Position numbers and translations under genes: made by a program. The notes beneath the pieces were generated by a model. That model did not search any database. It was not told where the DNA came from and saw nothing but the letters and a program-made list of their open reading frames with translations. A stretch of DNA of 64,000 nt from positions 1 through 64,000 of the IMG/VR virus record IMGVR_UViG_3300050139_000095. One strand, 5' to 3'. Shown one piece after another: positions 52,884 to 59,726 of the stretch. Source of the DNA: a virus. Numbering within the stretch: position 1 is the stretch's first letter; each line of letters begins with the position of its first letter.

Positions 52884-53834
52884 GTGGGCTTGAAGGATCA
52901 TCCGTTTTTTAAAGCAATTGATTGGGCAGGGAAGATTGAAAAGAAGATTGGACAGTGGGGAGCCGGTAACGCTAACCGTCTACAGTTTTTCCGTGCGCTC
53001 AAGGTTGCGCATCCATTTGTGTTCGACCGGAACGTGACAATGGAAAAGCGGATGGAGGGCCGGGCGTTTGAAAATTTCGATACCTTGGTGGAAGATTTTT
53101 CTCTTCCGTTCCGAACTTCTCTTTACCTTATGACTGATGGTCCATCGATCCAATGCCCAACTCACGAGGGATCAAAAGAGTTCCACTCCGTGACTTTGCT
53201 TGGGTACTTGATCCAAGAGTTGGAGAAGGACGGCGTAGCTGATCCAGAAAATTTTATGGCTTACGAAGTCTGCAACATTGAAAAAGAAGGTATGCAGGTC
53301 CCTTGCATAAATCAATTCCGTATTGATTTGAAAACGATGGCGTTCGCGCTTCGGGCCGCCGAGGCTTTAGACTTTGAAATTTTCAACGCCAAGACTGAAG
53401 CACATGTGCTCAAGGAAACGTCTTCAGTTTTTTCATTCACCGACTGCATTTCAGTAAAGCGAATTGGCGTTGAGGTAGTTAGAAAGTTTTCGATGAAATC
53501 GAAGGGTATTGATGCCGGAGTCACGACGCTGAAGTACGACAACATCATTCACATAGCCGACAAAGTTGAATATGAATACACGATGCCGCTGGACGATTCC
53601 AAAGTTAACTGGGATTACGTTGGCTTTTGGCGCGGCCACTGGCGAGCGTTCTATGTCAAGACCGGGGATAAAACTCGCAAAGATGAAAATGGCTGGAACA
53701 TGGTGGACTACGGAAGGATAGGTAAAGATCGCACCGGCAAGTATTGTGTGCCCGGCTACACTTGGGTTGTTGAGCATCCACGGGGCAATCCGAAATTAAG
53801 AGAGATCAAAGCACGATTAGTAAAACACGCTTAA
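52884..53834 (+). CDS. Hypothetical protein
   Basis: GTG at 52884, 5 nt after TAGGAG (the track ORF opens at 52821 inside the upstream gene). 316 aa. No family recognised. Confidence 0.6.
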   Translation: MGLKDHPFFKAIDWAGKIEKKIGQWGAGNANRLQFFRALKVAHPFVFDRNVTMEKRMEGRAFENFDTLVEDFSLPFRTSLYLMTDGPSIQCPTHEGSKEFHSVTLLGYLIQELEKDGVADPENFMAYEVCNIEKEGMQVPCINQFRIDLKTMAFALRAAEALDFEIFNAKTEAHVLKETSSVFSFTDCISVKRIGVEVVRKFSMKSKGIDAGVTTLKYDNIIHIADKVEYEYTMPLDDSKVNWDYVGFWRGHWRAFYVKTGDKTRKDENGWNMVDYGRIGKDRTGKYCVPGYTWVVEHPRGNPKLREIKARLVKHA

Positions 53835-53845
53835 GGGGGATGGGT

Positions 53846-54067
53846 ATGTCTTTGCAAACTTGCATCATTGGGTTCTTCATTTTGATGGCCGCTTGGCTCT
53901 TCACTGGATGCGTGACCGAAGGTGGGTTCCAAGAAAAGTATGCGTACCAGGCCAATGAAGAGTTCAGCGGCGTGGATGGTGCGGAAGATAAAGAGTTGGA
54001 TCTGCCCGACGATCCGCCACCACCGCCAAAGAAAAAACACACCAAAAAGAATGTGAGCCAAAAATGA
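53846..54067 (+). CDS. Small lipoprotein with poly-Pro/Lys tail
   Basis: ATG at 53846 is 6 nt after GGGGG. MSLQTCIIGFFILMAAWLFTGC|VTE has a lipobox. C-terminus is DDPPPPPKKKHTKK. Confidence 0.6.
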   Translation: MSLQTCIIGFFILMAAWLFTGCVTEGGFQEKYAYQANEEFSGVDGAEDKELDLPDDPPPPPKKKHTKKNVSQK

Positions 54068-54318
54068 GTGGAGTAAAAAATTGGCTTGCTGAGATGGAAG
54101 ACTTTCGCGAGCCGTGTCCGACTGACTTCAAAACAAAAAAAGAGTGCGATGCGTTCTTTAAGACATATACCAAAAGGAGTCAGCCGAAGCGAGACACTGA
54201 ATCAGTTTGGGGCGGATCGGTTAGAACCAATCAAAGCGATGGTGAGCCATTCAGCATCAACCACCTTGGAGACAACGCCGCCGCATGGCTTGACGATGAG
54301 CCTTGGAGGAAATGGTAG
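54064..54318 (+). CDS. Hypothetical protein
   Basis: ATGA overlap with the upstream gene. 84 aa. Confidence 0.55.
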   Translation: MSGVKNWLAEMEDFREPCPTDFKTKKECDAFFKTYTKRSQPKRDTESVWGGSVRTNQSDGEPFSINHLGDNAAAWLDDEPWRKW

Positions 54319-54421
54319 TCTCAATCTGAGTCTGATTACTTTCGTAATCTTTGACCTTTACAAGTTGTAATGCCTCATGAGACGATGGTTGAGTTCGCTA
54401 CTCGTTGCTTGGAGGTTTCAG

Positions 54422-55963
54422 TTGTCTTTCATACCCAGTAAGTTCCAACAAGGTATTTTTGACTTTATCGCAGGTGGTCAAGGGAACGCGATTATCGAAG
54501 CGGTTGCTGGTTCTGGAAAAACAACCACGATCCTCCAATCGCTTGGATTGATCGATCCTCGCAACGAAGTGGTATTCCTCGCGTTCAATACCAAGATCGC
54601 AAAAGAGTTGGCCGCAAAAGTTCCCGGCCACGTTAAGGCCATGACGTTCAACGGCCTTGGTCATCGCGCTTGTATGAAGGCTCTGGGTAACGTCGGCCTG
54701 AATGCTGACAAGCTGGCTGGCATTTGGTTCAAGATGCGCGAAGCCAATGAGATCAACGAGGGCGATTTCAAGTACATGTCCTATCCTGTTAAGCGCCTTG
54801 TGGATCTCGCACGCTCGGTTGGCATCGTGCCGAACAATCTCAAGGCTGAACTCAAGTTGATCAGCCTTACGGAAGACACCGACGAAATTTGGATGGCTTT
54901 GATCGAAGAGTACGAACTGACTCAAGGCACGCCGCAAATGAGCGATGACCTGATTTTTCAGGCCAACATGAAGCTTGTGAATTTTTCTCGCGAAGTTCTC
55001 CGCCGCGCCATCCTACTCCGTAGCGAGATTGATTTTGGCGATCAGCTTTATTTGCCGGTGATTTTTAATTGGCCATTCCCTCAATACGATTATGTGTTCG
55101 TCGATGAGGCACAGGATGTAAGCCTTATCCAGCGCATTATGCTATCGAAGTGTTTGAAGCAAAGCGGTCGCTTGGTTGCTGTGGGAGATCCCTACCAGGC
55201 TATCTACGGCTTCCGTGGTGCTGACTTTCACGCATTGTCCAACATCGCCAAGCTGTTCAACTGCAAATCGCTGCCGCTGTCCATCTGCTATCGTTGCGCA
55301 AAGAGCGTAGTCAGGGAAGCGCAGCGTGTGGTGCCTCACATTGAACACCATGAATCGTCACCTGAAGGTGAGATCGTGGAACTCGGTGACTATCGCAATG
55401 TGCAATTTGATTCAAAGTCCAATGACATGATCATTTGCCGCGCCAATGTTCCGTTGATCCGTTTGGCGTACAGCCTGATCGGTCGCAAGATCCCTTGCAA
55501 AATTGTTGGTCGCGACATTGGCAAGAACCTTTCCACGTTGATCCGTAAGTTCCGCGCTTACAGCATCGAAGACCTGGAAAATAAATTGAACGCCTGGAAG
55601 GATAAAGAGATCACCAAGTTGTTGTCCAAAGATCCCGACGCAGACACGTCCAAGATCGACGATAAGTTTGACGCCATTATGGTCTTTATTGATTCGTGCG
55701 GCGCGAACACAGTGGATGAGTTACTGCGCTCCATCGAGTCACTATTTGAAGACGGCAAGCGCGATGGCTACGTTACCCTTTCAACCATCCACAAAGCCAA
55801 GGGCCTTGAGGCTGACCGCGTGTACATCCTTGACCGTTGGATGCTCCCGAAGTTCGAGGGCGCAACCACTCGTGCGGGGCTAGATCAAAATACCAACTGT
55901 CTTTATGTTGCGATCACCAGAGCGAAAAAACAGTTGATGTACATCGAAACACCGAAGGGGTAG
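54422..55963 (+). CDS. UvrD/Rep/PcrA-like SF1 DNA helicase
   Basis: Walker A AVAGSGKTT, VFVDEAQD, GDPYQAIYGFRGA, TIHKAKGLEADRVYIL, LYVAITRAKKQL. Probable TTG start at 54422, 6 nt after GGAGG (the track ATG at 54377 lacks an SD). Confidence 0.9.
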   Translation: MSFIPSKFQQGIFDFIAGGQGNAIIEAVAGSGKTTTILQSLGLIDPRNEVVFLAFNTKIAKELAAKVPGHVKAMTFNGLGHRACMKALGNVGLNADKLAGIWFKMREANEINEGDFKYMSYPVKRLVDLARSVGIVPNNLKAELKLISLTEDTDEIWMALIEEYELTQGTPQMSDDLIFQANMKLVNFSREVLRRAILLRSEIDFGDQLYLPVIFNWPFPQYDYVFVDEAQDVSLIQRIMLSKCLKQSGRLVAVGDPYQAIYGFRGADFHALSNIAKLFNCKSLPLSICYRCAKSVVREAQRVVPHIEHHESSPEGEIVELGDYRNVQFDSKSNDMIICRANVPLIRLAYSLIGRKIPCKIVGRDIGKNLSTLIRKFRAYSIEDLENKLNAWKDKEITKLLSKDPDADTSKIDDKFDAIMVFIDSCGANTVDELLRSIESLFEDGKRDGYVTLSTIHKAKGLEADRVYILDRWMLPKFEGATTRAGLDQNTNCLYVAITRAKKQLMYIETPKG

Positions 55964-55967
55964 GGCG

Positions 55968-56150
55968 ATGGCAAAGAAAGTTGAACAAGAACAGCCGTTG
56001 AGTGAGTACATGGATTACGTCATCGGAAGGTTGATGATGGCAATTGCTAGGGGAGATTTCGTCTCGACGATCAAGGGATTCTTTCTAGAGATCCATGGCC
56101 GTGGCTATCGAGCCGGATTGGCTGACGGTAAAAAGAGAGCATCGAAATGA
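55968..56150 (+). CDS. Small hypothetical protein
   Basis: GGGG SD. 60 aa. ATGA overlap with the next gene. Confidence 0.5.
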   Translation: MAKKVEQEQPLSEYMDYVIGRLMMAIARGDFVSTIKGFFLEIHGRGYRAGLADGKKRASK

Positions 56151-56497
56151 GACTGAAGCGAACGGCCCCATGTAAAGAATGTCCGTTCCGGCAGGAGTCA
56201 GTGCGCGGGTGGCTTGGCCCTTGGACCGTTGACACGATCCTTCAGCAAGTGCATTCAGACTTTAATCCATTGCCAGGACTCGCTTGCCATTTGGATGTGA
56301 AGGTTCAACAGAAGAAGGGCCTGGATGGTCAGGAGTTGTACGCCGAGAGTCATGTGTGTGTCGGCTCCCTTCATCATGCGAATGCATCTTGCAAGCGGTA
56401 CAGGCATCCAGAGTTGAGTGCCATGGCCGACAGACTTGGGTTGCTCGATACGATAATGGATTTGTTTAAATTTAGAAACCATCACGGTGGAAGATGA
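56147..56497 (+). CDS. Hypothetical Cys-containing protein (CKECPFR motif)
   Basis: 116 aa with an N-terminal APCKECPFRQES and later conserved-looking Cys/His. ATGA overlaps on both sides. Confidence 0.55.
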   Translation: MRLKRTAPCKECPFRQESVRGWLGPWTVDTILQQVHSDFNPLPGLACHLDVKVQQKKGLDGQELYAESHVCVGSLHHANASCKRYRHPELSAMADRLGLLDTIMDLFKFRNHHGGR

Positions 56498-56823
56498 AAA
56501 AGCTAAAGGCTGTGGCCGCACAAATGATTTCGATCAAGCTGCCAGCTTCATTCATTCAGGATTTGAAGACTCAGACGCAAAAACATTTGGTCAGTATCTC
56601 GACCATCGTGGACAATTGCCTGAAGAACAGCGGAGCCAATTGCCCGGTCTGCAAGCGGCGCTGGCCCAAAGAGACAGAGGCTAAACTGTCGTTTACGACA
56701 CGAGTTAACCCAAAGACGGTCGAAACAGCCGAGAATAAAGATATGCCTTCTCGATACTATTCGGCTGTCCTGTTGCATTCATTGGGCTATTGCCCCGTGT
56801 GTTGCCAGAAAAATACCAAGTAA
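56494..56823 (+). CDS. RHH-like N-terminus plus Cys4 zinc-binding C-terminus
   Basis: ISIKLPASFIQDLKTQTQKHLVSISTIVDNCL (RHH-like), followed by CPVC...CPVCC. Confidence 0.5.
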   Translation: MKKLKAVAAQMISIKLPASFIQDLKTQTQKHLVSISTIVDNCLKNSGANCPVCKRRWPKETEAKLSFTTRVNPKTVETAENKDMPSRYYSAVLLHSLGYCPVCCQKNTK

Positions 56824-56825
56824 AT

Positions 56826-56892
56826 TTTCCACGAAACACCAATTCAGTTTTATCGAATAAACAAAGGTGCTATTGGTTTCCACATAAACCAC
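56826..56892. promoter_or_regulatory. Repeat-containing region upstream of XRE gene (possible operator)
   Basis: TTTCCAC occurs at 56826 and 56877 (51-bp spacing). ACCAAT (56838-56843) and ATTGGT (56872-56877) form an inverted pair. These are short motifs, so support is weak. Confidence 0.25.
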
Positions 56893-56911
56893 ATTACCCA
56901 AAGGGGAAATC

Positions 56912-57175
56912 ATGAAGATCAAAGGCAATGGCTTGGGAATTATGCTGACTGGCTATCGTAAAAAAGCCGGACTTACTCAGCATGATTTGGCCAAGGCTTT
57001 CAACTATTCAAGCCCACAGTTCGTGTCCAATTGGGAGCGCGGCATCTGCCGACCGCCCGTTAAGACATTGGCGAAGCTGACTCGTAAACTCAAGGTTCCG
57101 GTTAAAGAGATGAAGGGGTTGCTCATTGCTGAATATGGTAAGGAACTGGATCAAGTCTTTAACGGGCGAAGCTAA
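56912..57175 (+). CDS. XRE-family helix-turn-helix regulator (Cro/CI-type)
   Basis: AAGGGG SD. LTGYRKKAGLTQHDLAKAFNYSSPQFVSNWERG is a typical HTH_3 sequence. Confidence 0.8.
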   Translation: MKIKGNGLGIMLTGYRKKAGLTQHDLAKAFNYSSPQFVSNWERGICRPPVKTLAKLTRKLKVPVKEMKGLLIAEYGKELDQVFNGRS

Positions 57176-57179
57176 ACCA

Positions 57180-57596
57180 ATGGCGGATTCACATTACTTT
57201 GAAAAAAGAAAGCCTGAGTGGTTTGTCGGAGATACCATCAAAGCCTTCGGCCAGATTGGAAAAGTGGTTGGCTTCGGTGAGAAGAACGATGAGGAAACAA
57301 TCCTTGTGGAGTTCGAGTGCTTCGACGGTCTTAATGAGGCCACGATAAAACAGGAATTTTTATTCGACGGACGCCAAGAGGCTTGGCACAAGTATGCATC
57401 AGCGAAACTTTTCAAGCGCGTGAAGAGAACGATGACCAAGATCATTTATCCGGCCATCGCGAAGCGCGACGGGAAGTATTGTTGGGACTATCAGTTCTAT
57501 GAAAGCCAAGAACAGTTCGACGCCAAGGGCCGCAAGACCTATGAGAGTATAAAACTTTGCACCGAGATCCCAATCGAGATCGAAGTGGAAATCTAA
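57180..57596 (+). CDS. Hypothetical protein
   Basis: ATG at 57180 lies after the XRE stop (the track ORF opens at 57126). 138 aa. Confidence 0.6.
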   Translation: MADSHYFEKRKPEWFVGDTIKAFGQIGKVVGFGEKNDEETILVEFECFDGLNEATIKQEFLFDGRQEAWHKYASAKLFKRVKRTMTKIIYPAIAKRDGKYCWDYQFYESQEQFDAKGRKTYESIKLCTEIPIEIEVEI

Positions 57597-57598
57597 TT

Positions 57599-57614
57599 TT
57601 CCAATCAATTGGAA
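57599..57614. repeat. Copy 5 of palindrome family (TTCCAATCAATTGGAA)
   Basis: Read directly. Lies 3 nt after the stop at 57596. The 21-mer at 57595-57615 is the exact reverse complement of 59704-59724. Confidence 0.9.
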
Positions 57615-57620
57615 TAGTGT

Positions 57621-57641
57621 TGTGGATAAACTGGTGGATAA
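57621..57641 (-). promoter_or_regulatory. Two tandem DnaA-box-like 9-mers (TGTGGATAA, GGTGGATAA)
   Basis: 57621-57629 is the exact complement of the consensus TTATCCACA. 57633-57641 matches 8 of 9. Same orientation, 3-nt gap. Confidence 0.6.
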
Positions 57642-57678
57642 GTCGAGAATGTCCTGAGTCATAAATTTTTTGCTTGAT

Positions 57679-57708
57679 CGGCCCGGTTCTCGGGCCGTAT
57701 CTTCTTTC
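57679..57708 (+). terminator. Rho-independent terminator (plus strand)
   Basis: Stem CGGCCCG/CGGGCCG (7 bp, GC-rich) with a GTTCT loop, followed by the T-rich tail TATCTTCTTTC. Confidence 0.65.
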
Positions 57709-57729
57709 GGAGCCGGAACATTCTACTCG

Positions 57730-57757
57730 AAAAAAAACCCCACGTTTGCGCGTGAGG
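57730..57757 (-). terminator. Rho-independent terminator (minus strand) with no annotated minus-strand gene
   Basis: The minus-strand RNA reads CCUCACG-CGCAAA-CGUGGGG (7-bp stem including one G-U) followed by U8 (plus-strand A8 at 57730-57737). Confidence 0.6.
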
Positions 57758-57844
57758 CTTCAGTAGAAACTGTTCGCTTCGATTATCTTTACCAATCGTC
57801 GCGATTATTCCTGCCAAAACCTCTTTTTACCTGGAGTGGCATTG
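57730..57844 (-). ncRNA. Candidate ~115-nt leftward non-coding transcript in the ori-like region
   Basis: Inferred only. The minus-strand terminator lies at 57730-57757, with a possible minus-strand promoter of TTGCGC (57879-57874), a 17-nt spacer and TATAAA (57856-57851). No ORF longer than 21 codons lies on the minus strand here. Confidence 0.25.
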
Positions 57845-57899
57845 CCTACTTTTATATTCAATTCTCATTCTCAGCGCAAGCCAAATCACCATACATCTC

Positions 57900-57908
57900 G
57901 GTGGATAA
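57900..57908 (-). promoter_or_regulatory. Third DnaA-box-like 9-mer (GGTGGATAA)
   Basis: Matches 8 of 9 of the complement of TTATCCACA, in the same orientation as the tandem pair. Lies 64 nt upstream of the initiator ATG. Confidence 0.5.
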
Positions 57909-57971
57909 CTTCACTTTACATTTCAGAGTCTTACACAACATTGATCATGCATAACGTACCGGGGGGTATGA

Positions 57972-59144
57972 ATGGGGAATACGATTGCGATGGATCGCAA
58001 GCAACAAGCAATGGATCTCGGGTGGGTAAAGCTTCCGCACGCCCACATTGCGCAGTGGCCAACTAAACTCACGCCGCTGCAACAACTTGTGATCGCGCAC
58101 CTTTACGACTTCGTGAAGGACAACTTCAATGTTTGCCGTCCGTGTCAGGCCACCATCGCCAAGCGCACTGGCGTTGACCGAACCGCCATCAACAAGGCCA
58201 TCGCGAGTCTTTGCAAGCTTGGGATCTTGAAGAAGATCAGAACTCGCGGCGCTTGCTTATATTCGTTCACAGAGGCTTGGGTTGGTGAATTGACGCAAAC
58301 AGATGTGACGACAGTCACATCTAGATGTGACGACGTTCACATCTCTCCTATATTAGAAATACAGAACGAAGTTTTATGCAGACCGGAGTCCCCCCCAGCA
58401 AAACCAGAAATTTTAGAATTGGCTTTAGACAAAGGAAAAACAGGGGAAGGCCTCAAGAACGAAGACTCAGGAATACGCAAAGACCGTAGGGGATCGGGGA
58501 AACGCCGTCGCTATGCGCCGCCGCCAGGCCAACTGCCTTTGATGGTCAGCCTTTGTCAAGAAACCGAGAGTCCAGCCGAATTAGAACTAGACCAGTCATT
58601 ATGCACTGCATCTGATAACATTGGAGGAACGATGGATGATGAGTTGAGGTTTTCAAAGAGTAAGCAAATTGGTCCCCGCAAGATCAAGGTCAAAACTAGA
58701 CTTGGCCAAACGTCGAAGAAGGGGGACCGGCAAGAGCAAAAAGTTTTCGATAGCTTTTGCATGAGTGCCCAGGCAGAGGGCTATATCACGCCACTGTCGC
58801 TGCCACCGAATAGCCACATAGATCAACGGCTATCGGAGTACGGCGTGGATAATGTGTGTCAAGCGATTGAGTTTGGCGTGAAGAACTGGGGCCGCATCAA
58901 GGAAATTTTTCCGCGAGCGGTGTTCGCGCCGGAGCCAACGCTTCGCGAACTGTGTTTGCCGTGGGTGATGGAAGGATTGATTCCGCGTATGCGACATCAA
59001 CTGCCGGACACCACTAAGCAAACCGGATCGACAAAAGCGCAACCCGATTCTAGGTCTGATAAGCAGAGGGAAATTGACGAAGCGAATAAAGCGCGATTGA
59101 GAAAGCAGATGGAAGAGAACAAGAAAAAATATTCGGCGGGGTAA
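57972..59144 (+). CDS. Replication initiator-like protein with N-terminal winged-helix/HTH
   Basis: GGGGGG SD. ATIAKRTGVDRTAINKAIASLCKLGILKKI is an HTH typical of phage O/DnaD-type initiators. Lies between the ori-like region and the helicase genes. Confidence 0.65.
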   Translation: MGNTIAMDRKQQAMDLGWVKLPHAHIAQWPTKLTPLQQLVIAHLYDFVKDNFNVCRPCQATIAKRTGVDRTAINKAIASLCKLGILKKIRTRGACLYSFTEAWVGELTQTDVTTVTSRCDDVHISPILEIQNEVLCRPESPPAKPEILELALDKGKTGEGLKNEDSGIRKDRRGSGKRRRYAPPPGQLPLMVSLCQETESPAELELDQSLCTASDNIGGTMDDELRFSKSKQIGPRKIKVKTRLGQTSKKGDRQEQKVFDSFCMSAQAEGYITPLSLPPNSHIDQRLSEYGVDNVCQAIEFGVKNWGRIKEIFPRAVFAPEPTLRELCLPWVMEGLIPRMRHQLPDTTKQTGSTKAQPDSRSDKQREIDEANKARLRKQMEENKKKYSAG

Positions 59145-59714
59145 ATGGAAAACGATTTGGTGAAGGTAAATGATTTTTTGATGAGTGAGGCAAACATCCC
59201 GTTCGCCTACCGCACTGGTTTGCCGTCGATGGACGATATTCCAAACGTCGGCATGATCAAAAAATACTTCCAACCAATTTACGGTTATGAGTCTGTTCCG
59301 GCAGCGAATATTTATATTCACTGCAAGGACTACAAGTTCGCATGTCAGGTGGCAGCCAAGGTGGTCATGGGTTTCCTGGCGCGTAGGACAGTTTGTTATT
59401 GTTCTTATTCGACACTTGTAAAGGGAATTGTTGAGCGAAGCGGTAGGGACGAAGCTGTAAGTGGTTGGGATCTTTTGACTGTTCCCAGAGTTCTGGCGCT
59501 TTTTAAATTTGGTCAAGAGCCGATGAATGATTTTGGAAAATCAATTACGGCTGTGACACAAGTTCTGGCCTACCGTGAGAGCGTGGGAATGCCTACAGTA
59601 TTTTCAAGTGATGTAGATCCAGAGGAACTTATGTCAAACGGGCAGAGGTTCCCAAAGCCGCTTGCAGATTTGATTTTAGACAATTGCTTAATCGTTGATG
59701 TTAATTCCAATTGA
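59145..59714 (+). CDS. Hypothetical protein in helicase-loader position
   Basis: Starts 1 nt after the initiator stop. 189 aa with no Walker A seen; the loader role is inferred from gene order only. Confidence 0.4.
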   Translation: MENDLVKVNDFLMSEANIPFAYRTGLPSMDDIPNVGMIKKYFQPIYGYESVPAANIYIHCKDYKFACQVAAKVVMGFLARRTVCYCSYSTLVKGIVERSGRDEAVSGWDLLTVPRVLALFKFGQEPMNDFGKSITAVTQVLAYRESVGMPTVFSSDVDPEELMSNGQRFPKPLADLILDNCLIVDVNSN

Positions 59715-59720
59715 TTGGAA
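59705..59720. repeat. Copy 6 of palindrome family (TTCCAATTGATTGGAA)
   Basis: Read directly. It contains the TGA stop (59712-59714) of the upstream gene and ends 7 nt before the helicase ATG. Confidence 0.9.
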
Positions 59721-59726
59721 AATTGA

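Noticed and set aside
57670-57954. 94-aa plus-strand ORF in the ori-like region
   Set aside because: It has a TTG start and no SD. It runs straight through two terminator hairpins and the DnaA boxes, and its composition looks non-coding. The region is better explained as regulatory/ori DNA.
42298-57971. tRNA genes in the larger intergenic gaps (42298-42501, 43577-43799, 48786-48986, 57597-57971)
   Set aside because: No cloverleaf-compatible segment or GTTCGAATC-type T-arm consensus was found on reading these gaps. Their hairpins are better explained as terminators or operators.
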